A DNA stretch of 64,000 nt from Lepidodermella squamata (Eukaryota; Animalia; Gastrotricha): NCBI GenBank assembly GCA_047495785.1, contig JBLDXI010000054.1, forward strand, positions 806,001 through 870,000, given 5' to 3'. How positions within the stretch are numbered: the stretch's first letter is position 1; every line of letters starts with the position of its first letter. The notes below the pieces were generated by a model. The model saw only the letters and a list, made by a program, of their open reading frames with translations, did no database searches and was not told the origin of the DNA. Shown here piece by piece: positions 1 to 11,832 of the stretch. Made by a program: the position numbers and the translations under genes.

Positions 1-305
1 ATATGTACTTTGTGATAGAGATGTCGCTGCGTTGCGTTTGAAAGGAGTCGCAATAATATATTATAATGTATGGGTTCCAAGTATTTCTAAACTAATATTT
101 GGTTGCAGCTAAACATTTGCGTAGTGCTTTTTCTTTAATTAGGATGTGCTTTCTCATTACGCTCCTTTGAAGTACAGCGCGACGATTTCATTTGATATTC
201 CAGTTGATGACATTGCGGGGTTAATTCAGACTATAATTTTCAAAGTTGCCATTTGTTTTGGAAAAATCGAGCACTGGTTAGTAAGTACACTGCGGCTTCG
301 CGAAG

Positions 306-3055
306 ATGCTCATAATTATTCTGATTCAGATCTTTGTTGTTCGTAGTTGTTTGTCTGCACAGGTATCAATGGATAGCCCAATTCCAGACTTCGTATACAG
401 AACTGGATACAATCCGAATAATTCCCGCCCTGTGATAAAACTACTTGCTTCTGTCAACTACTGGGGGCCACCTACTCTGAATAACGGCCCTCTTTGTACC
501 GAACCCATGCGTTACGCCTTGGACAGCATCAAAAACGTTCCGAACTTGCTATCAAATTACGAAATCGTGATTGATGTTTACAACGATTACGTAAGTACTT
601 TTACGGTTTGTTTTATGCTTGGGTTTCTCACGATTTTGAGCACTTTGGAAAGCTATGAGGCCTGTGCGCAAAATGGGTTTAGATATGACTTCTTTGATTG
701 TTTTAGAGAATGCTACTAGGGACGTTTTCTTAGCCGAATGATGCCGCTCTCAGCGCGCCACGTTGATGGAACTGTTTTAAAACAGCAGCGTTCATTTACC
801 ATGCCTTTAGCCTTTGCACTTTGTTTTGAGTTTAGAGTGCGAAAACTAAGCCAAATCTGATTACTGATATGATGACTGTTTTTTCTACAGTGCAGCAGAC
901 ACGCTGGCATCGAAGCTTTCCATTCCAAAATGGAGGAAAATGATGAAGCTGAAGGAAGGTTCCCTATATTAATACACTCTATATGCCCGGCTCACTACTA
1001 CAACGGTCAAGCTATGGCAGTGTATAATTTTGTTTCCGTAAAATTGCTGGGCAACTTTTGAATCCCGTGATAGTTATAGCTACATTTCAGATAACTGCCT
1101 CCACTGTCATGGACGATGTTGACGTTAAGAGAAGCCTACTACAAAATTTATACAATCTATCACCATCCGTTGGCGATAACTACGAAGCCGTCGGACGGTT
1201 TATGCAGCTGATGAATTGGCGGAAAATGGCGCAAATATCAGAGATGTACGGAATTTACAATCAGATGGAGATTGACGTATCGATGATGTTAGAATCAAAG
1301 TACAATATACGAACGCTTGGGATCTTCAAAATACCATTCGATTACCCTTCGCCACCAGAGTCCGAAGAAATCAGTGCTACTGTCGAAGAAATGAAAACTG
1401 TTGATCCTCGTATTATTTTCCTGGGAGCGATTTTCCCATCGCGAGTTGCATGCTGGCTCCATCGGTTGGGAATTTTTGGACCTCACTACGTTATTTTGAT
1501 ACCGCAGAGAGCTTCTTTCACGCAAACGGATCCGCTTCGTTTCAGTTGGTGCACAACGCAGATGCTGAGCGAGGTTCTTCAAAGCTCGATCTTGCATAAC
1601 GCCGCTACTGCCATGGATTTAGGCCAATGGTCCAAAACTGACTCGTTGGGAAATTCGGCTCGAGAATTCGATGACGCCGTAAATTCGATGATCGATATCA
1701 ACCCCCAAATTGTCGGCTGGTTTGATCGCTATCACTTTTACGACCCATTGCTTCTCTCACTATTCGTCCTCAATTCGACAGAAGCTTCGCTAAACAAGGT
1801 CAACCAAACCCTACTGGATTGGACAACAACGACAGAGAACTTTCAGAAAAATGGTTCATTCATAGTTGCAGAAATCAAGAAAGCGTTATATGCAACACGT
1901 GTTACCGGAAAATTGGGTGCGTTCGGCTTTGAGCGGAATACAACGAGAAACACTGGGGGAAACATCGCATACGCCTTCTATCAGTACCAGCAAATTCCTA
2001 ATACTACCTTACTCACTACGAAACCAGTGGCTGTTTTCATGAGCCGGACTAGGACTGTCACATTTGGGCCGATGCAAATATTTTGGAATACTCCAAATGG
2101 AAATCCCCCAGTCGATGGGTTACGAATAGTTCAAATAGAGTCACCTCTCAGTCCAATGAGGAGTTACATATCGATAAACATAGTTTCATGCTTCGAGTTG
2201 CTTATTGTTATTTGGGTATCGCTGTTCCTAGTTTCAAATCGTAACACAAAAGTTGTTAGGAAATCTATGCCAGTTTTCAACTATTGCGTGCTGCTCGGTG
2301 ATGCTCTCATGCTGATTTCATCTTTCATCCAACGTCGTGAATTTGAATGGTCAAACAGCCAACTTTGCATGGCATCTTTCGGATTCCTATTCTCCGGCAT
2401 CAGTTGCATTCTGTTCGGAATGACAGCGAAGTTATATATGGCTCATTGTCATCATATCCGGCAACGTTATGTAAAGAAAATTATGCATCCCTTTGAAAGA
2501 GCTTGGGCAACTAACTGGAATTTTGTGTCGAATAATAATAAGTCTCAGCGAAACTCAACGGTTATTCCCCAATCGATACAGAAGACGTCTGCTATAGCTA
2601 TTGGAATGGTTTTTTCAGTGTCTCACGTTGTTCTAATTTTGCTTTGGTTCGTAGCGGCCCCGATAACGAATTCCAGAACATTTAGCTCACTTGGGGAAAT
2701 TGATCTAGGCGCCGAGGTTGCTTATCAGGAAATTATCTACACATGTGATTTCGGCGATTCAGTCATTGTCCAAGCTGTTGTCGGAATTTTCGTGGCTTTC
2801 TTTGCGATTTTAATCCTCAAAGGAGCTTTTTTGGCATTTGGATTGAGATCAGTAAGTCGTCAAGTCTAATTAAATTAAATGTACAACTGCTTCTTTAAGA
2901 TAACTTTGGCGTCTGTGAATGATTTAAAAGCAGTTATTTACTGCTTCTACGGAACAGTTCTGATGCTGATGTGTGGGGCTGTAATTGCAGCTTTCATTTT
3001 CAAAGAACAAGCCAGGGTGCAAGGGTGCGTGCGAATGACACTCTATAAACGGTAA
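306..3055 (+). CDS. Class C GPCR, GABA-B-like (Venus flytrap + 7TM, no Cys-rich domain); exons ~306-590, 891-1037, 1091-2851, 2900-~3055; 3' end/TM7 unresolved
   Basis: Signal peptide; VFT motifs (YEIVIDVYNDY|CS joined across a phase-0 intron, NWRKMAQI, DPRIIFLG, WLHRLGIFGPHYV); TM region with RKSMPVFN and FLAFGLRS|ITLASVNDLK resembling the GABA-B TM5-TM6 junction; GT-AG sites keep frame; clear similarity to paralogues at 11833-14355 and 61973-64000. Confidence 0.8.
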
Positions 3056-5219
3056 AACTGTTACTAAAACAGACACAAAATCTGCTATTACTTCGCGCGA
3101 TGTGCTACTAAATCTGTCCAAGTGCGCATAAAACGTTAAGTGTGTTGATAAAGCAGGTAATATGACACTAAATGTGGAGTAGTGCCACTATTTTGACAAA
3201 ACCGCTAGTACTTTGGGAATGTGATGGTAAATTGGAGAAATTGCTATATAAACGAGATATCTTAATCGTGGTGATTGGCATGGAAATGACTGCCGCATAC
3301 ACGAATACCTTGACTTTTCTGTTCTCGAATCTAAGAAGGCTAGTTTTGACCTATCATTGCAAGTTTTAGCCGATATCCCCCATCCATTTCGAAAAAAACT
3401 TTCGTTTTGAAAATCGATTATTGTTATCGATATTAGTTCTACAGGCTGAACCATAATTCGTAAAGCAAACTGAAATAATTACAACTTTCATTCACAAAGT
3501 TTTTCATCATAATAGCGCATTTCTCAAACTAGTAGCAAATTGCGCGAATTAGTAGCAATTTACACGATTTAAGCAGTTTACCTAATTTAGTAGCACTTTT
3601 ACCCATTTTAGTAGCGCATTTATTTTCACTTATCAGCGTCTAGCAATTTCCGTCACGACAATTTTGTCAGTGATGCTGAACCTTAGTCTTCTTTATGCTC
3701 GAAAGATATACCAGGTGAGATTGAAGAGTGCTTCAAATTTCCTCAATTATCAATTTTTTAACATAAGATTCGCTCACAGTCTGGCAAGCACAAGCCTCGA
3801 TTCCAAATTACATCAGCGAAACAATCGCGATAATCACATTGTCTGAAGAGCAGAAACTCTCAAGCTCATAAGAGATGTCATAACATTTGGGGCCCATAAC
3901 AATTTCTTCGTTGAACAATTTTCCAATGCTACCGTCTAAATTCTAGGATAGTTTATTTCGTTAGAGTTGTTGAAAATCTCGAATTTTTCAGCTTACGTCA
4001 CTTTCAGGGTTATGGGCGACAATAAAAGGGTCATTTGCCATTATTTCTTTATTTAATTACTTTTCCAGAAGCTCGCGGTCAGCAGAGCCACAGTAGAAAC
4101 AAATACCCAGACGCCAGCGTCGTTCTTTTGAATAAAGGCGCCCGTGCATATCTAAATTCGCACGCCAACGAGGCGAAGGATCAGATACTGGGTCAGCAAC
4201 CAACCAATCCGAGAAATGGTTCTTGATCTAGTTGACCAGTATGAAGGCAAATCGATCAATTCAAATTCTCGCGTTGCTGCTTGAAAATATTCGCCACGTC
4301 GTGTGATAAATTGATCTATAGTAAAAATTGAAGAAAATTGAATAAACAATTCGTTTTCGTTCGTTCGTTGGGCAACGAGCGCGCGCGAGGCCGCGGCGTC
4401 GTCCTAGGCTTCCCTACGTCGCAGCGCGAAAACTATGAGGGGTAGATTATTTCTGTAAATTGGGCTGAACTCAGCATGGTCGAATTACCTAGAAACCGTT
4501 GAAAAACCAATAGGTCAGAAAAATCGACTTTTTGCGCCTCCGGCGCTTTAGTACCTCCTTAAGGGTCATCTTAGGCCATCTTGGTGATCTCTCTGGATCT
4601 CTAACTGTGACACATGGAAGCTTCTAATATTGATTTTCAGATTCTCCGCACTCGATTTAGTGAAGAAATGATCTTTTGGAGAGAACATCTTTAAACATTG
4701 AGTCGTAAGAGATCTTCATTAGCCATCTTTAGTTAAGGTGGGTTAGCGTGTCATCTTGACCTACAACCCTATTTCGTCAAATGACTTTGGGCAGTCATGA
4801 TCTCTCCTAAAGATCATCTTTCCGATCAAGCCATTTTAAATCAACAGCTGAGATGATAGCACTACTCTTATTGCCTCGTTAAACGTCAAACAAGGGCTTG
4901 AGACCTCGAAACTCTCCATGTTCTGATCAAGCTTCAATCTCAATCATTTGGTACTTGTTTGTCGATGTAAAGGCGCGCTGCTTTCCTCTCTTATAAAGAG
5001 ACGAAGCGATTCTCTCGCGAATAAGGATTAGGAATAAAGATTGAAATAGCTGGAATAGCTTGGTTAAGAATAGCTGTGTAATTTTTCATTCGGTACTTAT
5101 CGTCTGATTTAAATTTAGCATTAGTGTAAACCGCCAAATGCAATCTTGAAGCTTGTAATAACTTGATTTTACATGAAATGAAGGGAAAGAAGCGGCATAA
5201 GACACTAGACACTAGGAGG

Positions 5220-5358
5220 CAGTGCGCGAAGTAGCGGGGAGACTGGAAGTGCGGTACTCCCAGTTCGAGAAGTCTTGGCAAGAAAACCCGAAAAAACCAC
5301 AGGGGGGACCCTTTGGCCTGAAAGTACCCCCAACTCGAGCATCCTACTTCGCGCACTG
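5220..5358. mobile_element. hAT-type MITE, family A
   Basis: TIRs CAGTGCGCGAAGTAG...CTACTTCGCGCACTG; 8-bp TSD CTAGGAGG at 5212-5219 and 5359-5366; sister copy at 58207-58362. Confidence 0.9.
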
Positions 5359-5454
5359 CTAGGAGGACTCTAGCTCTAGGGATAGATCACCGGGAAGATT
5401 TTTCCACCAGGCAATAACTCGGAACGCAAAGGATCCGCGGATTGCAGCCAAGTA

Positions 5455-5792
5455 CATTGTGGAACCACTGGTAAGTTGAACATTGGCGCGCACGCTGATT
5501 GGTCAATTTATCGTTGCTAATGACTCCGGAATGAAACATTTCTGTCGTGCGATCCACTAATAAATTATTTTATATTTATGAAAAAAATGACCTTGCCACA
5601 CCCTCTGCCCGGTTTCCATTGACCACGAGCGTAAACTCCATATTAATTGTGGTAAATTGCTGCGGCAAAAAACACTTGTTGCAAAAAATCTTATGGATCG
5701 CACGACAGAACGTTTCATCCGGGAGTCATAGCAACGATCGATTGACCAATCAGCGTGCGCATTGGATTGGACTTTTAAGTGGTCACACAATG
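5455..5792. mobile_element. Tc1/mariner-type MITE with long imperfect inverted arms
   Basis: TA|CATTGTG...CACAATG|TA termini; internal inverted repeat 5488-5556 vs 5695-5760 (GCGCACGCTGATTGGTCAAT...). Confidence 0.75.
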
Positions 5793-7140
5793 TAGCAGAA
5801 AACTGTAACAATTTACTCCATGATGAGTTGATTATCCTCAGCCGCGTCTGAACACGTAATGTAAAGCGCAGTACATATGGAGGTATGAAGGCACAATCAG
5901 ATCAGTGTTGCATACAAAAGAGGCGTGCGATACTAAATTTCAAAGGATTGGGAGATCAAGAAACTTCAGGATAATATTATTTTGCAATTCATCTTCAGAG
6001 GTGGAGAGCGGCAACTAAAAGCGAGACTAAAAGCGACACCTGTTGATGATCAGGGAGCAGAAATCACTAAGATTAGCTCCAGATTTTAAATCGCGCGCTC
6101 GGAAAAATTCATTCGACCGCCTGAATTACAAAAATAAAATTATAGCAAAATATTTTTTTATCTTCAAATATTGACCTTTACAACGCTGGCCATTTTTCAC
6201 ATTAATAAAGCTTCAGACCGACACACGAAAACCGCGTCTACAACGGGGGTTCCCCCCGTCATTTCTCGTCGTTCACTTTTCTAGGGGGGTCTGCAAATAA
6301 GCCTAATTTACAGACTTACCATGCCGTAACCCATGAAGACTGCAATTGAGCGATTAGGTTCAGAAATAGGAAGTTTTTATCCACCTCGATTCTTTATTTT
6401 TTCACGGCATGTTGGGTCCGTACGCAGACCGGTAAGATTTACTTGCCGCTCCGCACTCGAGCCGCTTTAAAACATGCCCATATGCGACGTTTACTTCACA
6501 TTTAAGAAATTCGAAAGAATCACGCCCTCACATGGGCCGGCCGAGGAGTTGGCCCGAGCATGGCGAAGAACAATTGGAGCCAGCGCTATTGTTCAGCACC
6601 GTACTCGGGCCGCCGGGATTGGGTCATCCTACAACTAACGTCCTACCCGACAATTTTATCAAGTCCCGGCCCAAGCTCGGCGGCCCGTGTGGAAAGTGCG
6701 GTTACCCGAACGCGTACGGGCCAAAACAACCACATGCTGAGCTCAGGTCCGTGAGAGCTCAAATACGTGAGAGTGAAGAATGTTAAATTGTGTAAATATG
6801 AGTACTCTTCAATGATCGGAGGCCACTATTCACCATTATAGAATTTCATTTTCAGAAACAATGTTATCGATTCTTTTCGAGTTTTTAACAAAAAATCACA
6901 CAATAGATATTAGATAAGACAGAATATATTCTGTCCTATCTATTGCGTGATTGCGAATAAAATGCGAATACAATTATACTTCGCTATTCAAGATCATCTC
7001 ATCATCAGCCAGCCTACAACATTAGAAATTAAATAAAGAAAGAAAGCGTGTTGAAAAACAGCGATATCCACAACCATATAACGAGGAACAGCTTTTCATA
7101 ATGATTCCCCAAGTTCGAGAGCTACAACGACCGCAGTGTT

Positions 7141-8034
7141 TTTTTTTTTATATCATGTTTTATTTGGGTTCAACCCCGCGATTATGTAAAACCGTAGAAT
7201 CTTATAACCGCTAATTGTTTTTAGGTTAGTATTAGTGTTTTGATTACTTTGAGTGTATATATTAACTGTCATTATAGTATTAGTTTGTTCTTCAAAAATG
7301 TAAAATCGTGAAATATTATTATATGCGAAGTGTAAAAAAAGCCAAGATCAAGTAAGATAGGAATTAAGCAATCTTGGATGGGTCAGAATACAGAAACACT
7401 TTTCTTGTACGAATGACTGTATGAATCGAGGTTCCGCAGGAACCGAAGATGAATACAGTCATGAGTACAAGAAAAGTGTTTCTGTATTCTGAGTAAATCC
7501 GATATTGCTTTTCTCCTCTGTATCTGCTAAAAACTCGGAGAAACGTAGCTAGAAAGTGCGGGGAAAATTGATCTTGTACGCCATTTATATAGGAAAATGC
7601 GATAATAAAAAGTCCATCTTAATAAAAGTGTTTCTGTATTGTACAGGAATACAGAAACACTATTTCTGTATCGTTTTTTAGCCTCAATCATAGGAGAATA
7701 GTCAATGCATGCGGAGGTACGAACTGAAATGTGTCAGTTTACAGGATATTCGTTTCACCTCATTATTCTTTCCTTTTCTCTCTGGGAAATGGGATCCCCG
7801 GAGACAACTGAGCGCATAGCTAAGGAGGCCCGACAAAACAAGGCTCGCGCTAGCCCACCGGCTGACAACGAGAGCCTATACGGGTGTTCAGAGCCGCGCT
7901 CACGCTCCGGGGGGCCACGGTCCGAGAGAGAAAATTTCATTTTTTTAATTGATTATTCGCAGGTTTTTTCAGTTGTAATATAAGGTAGTAGTAAAAATCG
8001 GAGAATTCAAATTTCCGTACTCGTAGGAAAAAAA
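7141..8034 (-). mobile_element. Insertion bracketed by a 15-bp direct repeat, with a minus-strand poly(A) tail (probable retroposed/non-LTR-derived insert)
   Basis: AACGACCGCAGTGTT at 7126-7140 and 8035-8049; T-run at 7139-7149 with minus-strand AATAAA about 10 nt away; internal inverted AATACAGAAACACT repeats at 7387-7670. Confidence 0.55.
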
Positions 8035-8187
8035 AACGACCGCAGTGTTGGATCGCAATTATATATGTACGCATCATAGAAAGAGTTTTAGGAATAACAA
8101 CATTGCTTTTCGGCGATTCAAACATTTCATCATCCTACATCAATCATTATTGGTTTACGAGTTTTAGATGTTTTGCCATTCAGGGTT

Positions 8188-9348
8188 TCAGCTCAGAATG
8201 AGCCAAACGGTGATATATGATATCAAATAAAAGGTGAAAACGAGTTGGAAAACAACAATGTCAACAAGTAAATATGTAGCAACTTTTCTACCGAAAATCG
8301 ATACGTATTGCCCTGTAAATACTGGGAACATGGCGAGACATCCGCACATGATCGCCTCGTATAGCACACACACAGTAGCTATGGCAGCTTGTGACAAGCT
8401 GAAGATTCCAGCGACGACTGGGCTTGGGGTTTTCGGCAAATTTGCCTGGATGTTGTCTTGAAGAAAGAAAATCGACAACATAACAGTGCAGGCGAAAGCA
8501 GGGCGATCTGGGACATCGGCCGGAATGAAAAATGACGCCAAAACCAGCAAACTGAGAATTAAGCTTGGTGCAAATAGGTATGTTAGAAAATATTGCGGTT
8601 TCCGTTTGAATTCGAATATGAAAGTAGCAGCCGACACGTTGACATTGTATTCTATTAAGCCAAACGAGGAGGTACGCGTAGAATTATCATGTTCCCAGCC
8701 TGAATTGTCCTTCATAAACGGCGCTTTGTGGTTAACGATGAACACTGCTTTTGTAATTATGGAGAAATATTCGCTTCGAGGCAGTTCAAAGTCGATGCTG
8801 CACTTTTGCACATCGAAAGGAAAATACGTCACGTCCATATTGCAAAAGGACGTGAACTGCCCTGTTAAACTAAAACCAACAATTCCGCCGCGTCTGACCC
8901 AAATTTTAAGATCCCGGTAGAATCCGTCGACCATCGCAGGGTTTCCAATCGAATTGGCGTGTAGCACAGCTGGATACCAGTATTTACTCGGGTCCTCCTG
9001 CGATAGATGAAATATGTTCTCCGGCCATGCCACGCTACCCTTACGTGATACATTTCGGAACAAATCAGCAATGCATTTCGATTCATACTTGACGGAAAGT
9101 ATACCATAAATGGTAAAGGTTTCGGCAACGTCGTCGATATTGATAAATCGCATCGGTTGCAGTTCTAGCTCTACATGAATCGCTTCATTCTCGAGTTCAA
9201 TCGGTGTATTGACCGTCGGACCAATTCGACAGTTGCTGAGGATCGTTGCCGTTGGGTCGAAGTCCCATATGCTGTCGTTGTTGGCTGGTTTAGCCAGGGC
9301 ATAGCTGAGGATGAAACATGCTTGCACAACACGCAGTGCGGCAGTCAT
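8188..9348 (-). CDS. Intronless Cys-loop (pentameric) ligand-gated ion channel subunit, divergent, 386 aa
   Basis: Signal peptide; loop A WYPAV; Cys-loop CNMDVTYFPFDVQKC; pre-M1 FKRKPQYF; M1 (LFAPSLILS...FFIP), M2 DRPAFACTVMLS, M2-M3 LPKT, M3 and M4 hydrophobic segments. Confidence 0.92.
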   Translation of the reverse strand: MTAALRVVQACFILSYALAKPANNDSIWDFDPTATILSNCRIGPTVNTPIELENEAIHVELELQPMRFINIDDVAETFTIYGILSVKYESKCIADLFRNVSRKGSVAWPENIFHLSQEDPSKYWYPAVLHANSIGNPAMVDGFYRDLKIWVRRGGIVGFSLTGQFTSFCNMDVTYFPFDVQKCSIDFELPRSEYFSIITKAVFIVNHKAPFMKDNSGWEHDNSTRTSSFGLIEYNVNVSAATFIFEFKRKPQYFLTYLFAPSLILSLLVLASFFIPADVPDRPAFACTVMLSIFFLQDNIQANLPKTPSPVVAGIFSLSQAAIATVCVLYEAIMCGCLAMFPVFTGQYVSIFGRKVATYLLVDIVVFQLVFTFYLISYITVWLILS

Positions 9349-10035
9349 ATATATCGCAGTTAGATGTATGAATGTGATGAAGACTATTTCATATCATCGT
9401 CGATTGATACTTATACCTTATCCAACTTCGTGGCCTCCAATTTCCTCTTCCGTTGGGCTCTGATACGAAATTTTCTGATGCGAGAACTTCATGCGAAAAA
9501 GTTTGCAATATTAAATAGGCAGAGTGGCAAATAAAGTATAGATATAGTCAACAAACTTCGCAATAAGTAACTTGCGCCTGGCAATTTCACGCCAATATCG
9601 CTTAGAGCGGAAATGTCAAGTGGCTATTTGAAATTTGAAATTATTATCAAGAAGTGTCTGTGAATGCTTGATTTTCCTTTCTCCCAGGGGCAGATGTGAA
9701 ACTCTCGATCCTCCAATGTTGTCAAAATCTCGCGGTGCAAAGTTTGTTAAGTAAACAAAACGTGCTTTTTTATTAAAGCAACGTGTGCCTAGAAAAAAGC
9801 ATAAAAAGGGTCATTTTTCTCTCATTTCCACTTCTTGTTGTCACTTGTAATTCTCCCCCCGTCCTGCCATATTGTCTGTGTTTCAACCTCCTGCCTAGGA
9901 TAACTACCCTGTCCCTGATTAACCACTTGTTTTCCCATTTACTGTCTCTCTTTCTAGGGGGGTCTGCAAATAAGCTTTTTTACCGATAATTTTCAGAACC
10001 TACTTGAGCTCGAGGAAAAGCAAGGTCGGCGCCAT

Positions 10036-10800
10036 ACAACAAATCTAGCCAATTTCGATCAAACGAATATTGTCTTTCGAACTCGATATATTTGTGAAAG
10101 AAACCGCTCGAGAATAAGAATGCCAAGATGAGGCCAAATTGAATAAAGATCAAAACTAGCACTTGATTCAATGTTTGCTTCACTTGGTCAACGAATCGAT
10201 TACATGTTTCGCGGGCTTTCATAGTTAACAATTGCCGCCCGTGGGTAAGTTTTGTATAGAATCCAGCCGAGATGAAGGTGAATCTTAAAGACAGGAAAAT
10301 ACAACTGGCGGCGCACGGCACAACTACAAGCCTAGTGCAGGTCTGCAGAATTACGACAGCTAAAATCGGATAGAATAGCATCAAGACACTGCCTATGTTG
10401 ATGAGGCATGCAATTTTCGAGCAAAAATCATGAGACGTACTATAGGACGCCGCGGCTTCGAAGCTCCCGTTACATGGGCCTCTTGAAGGCCGCGGACTGT
10501 GCATATCGGAACGTGCATTAAATTAAATTTTAGTCCAGTAATTTCGAAATTAATGAAATTTTAATTTATAAGATTTTAATTTTTTAAATGTCAATAATTA
10601 AAAACTGATGAGAATTCTTTTCCAGCAAAAGATCGGCGTGACGCTGTGTAAAGATTTTTGCGCAAAAAGCTGCCATACCCTCGTATGGCATGAAAGCAGA
10701 CTTTGTCATGGGGAAAACTGTACCATATCGGGAACGTGTTGAAATCAGTGGGACAGACAAAGACAGACAGAAATAGCTTATAAGTGAAAGTCCATTCCTC
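10036..10800 (-). pseudogene. Shattered remnant of the class C GPCR paralogue family
   Basis: 10060-10420 translates to NIGSVLMLFYPILAVV...FISAGFYTKL...ERQYSFD, matching the TM region of the 12-14 kb gene; 10650-10800 matches STRSRYGTVFP...EGMAAFCAK of the VFT; intervening coding sequence is deleted and a hAT end lies at ~10430. Confidence 0.85.
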
Positions 10801-11608
10801 GCCACATCTTTTCATTTCTTTTTATCGGTATTGTCACAAAAACAGCTTGGAAAGAGAACAACAGCTGATCACAGCAACCGTTAGAATGACGTAAACGGAC
10901 AATGGCCACCCCGCAAAAACACATCAACAATAGCAGGTGAGTCACGAGGCATCGAAGCTGGGTCGATTGGCATATCGCAAGCTGGATCCGTTAAGGCCCA
11001 GCTGATGTGGCTGTTTGGGTGTTCAATGTTCAATGAGCTCAGGCTAAACCATGTGCTTTTTACCTGTTACTCTACCATGCTGGAGCAATGCGACTATTAT
11101 GTTCTTTCATTGCACAACCAATTCGCGATGTTATATAAGTAATAGCAACCGTATAATAGCAGCTCTCAATTCTCAACGCAGCAAGGTTGGCGCTTCTCAA
11201 GAATCTGCTGGAGCTTAGGAAAGCTTCGTGCTGAGGAGCCCAAGGATTGATGTTCCAAGTCAACAAGAGCCCTCCGCATTCCACTGATTTGGGTGCGGAG
11301 CTTTGCGTGGATCTCCTCTGCCTAGCGTCTTTCGTTTTCCCTCTCACTTCCTATGGAAACGGGCGAACTCTTAAGCCCAAATTTCAAGCTACCCTGATGG
11401 CTATCAACCTATCTTTGATATCTTATTGAAATAACAGATTTTCAGATCGGCAAATCTTTGTTGCAAAGTGATATGGCTTCCGAAAAATAGTTGATGATTT
11501 TACTTGAATCATTAAAAAACCTTTTAGTTTAGAGGTTTTAAGTGTATTGGCGTCCAGAGGAATTCATGGTGCGCCTTATTTAACTCATTTCTTAAATAAA
11601 AAATGTTT

Positions 11609-11793
11609 ATATCGTTAGCGGCGCGCCAAAACAACCACTTTACTATTTATAGATTTTATATGGATAGTACGATCGAGAGTAGAAAAAAATCAGTGCTCAA
11701 ATGGCCTATCGTACTTTATCATTACGTTCGGCGACTTCAAGTACGATCGAATGAATCATCTAAGTGGTTATTTTGGCGCGCCGCTAACGATAT
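11609..11793. mobile_element. Short inverted-repeat element (MITE-like) just 3' of the GPCR stop
   Basis: ~32-bp inverted termini ATATCGTTAGCGGCGCGCCAAAA(C/T)AACCACTT; superfamily not assigned. Confidence 0.65.
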
Positions 11794-11832
11794 GTCGACA
11801 CAACGTCAGAATGTTATACCGGCGATAGAGAA

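Noticed and set aside
6278-9975. Repeated TTTCTAGGGGGGTCTGCAAATAAGC at 6278 and 9951 as the ends of a composite element around the channel gene
   Set aside because: Same orientation and no further shared sequence; more likely two truncated ends of one repeat family.
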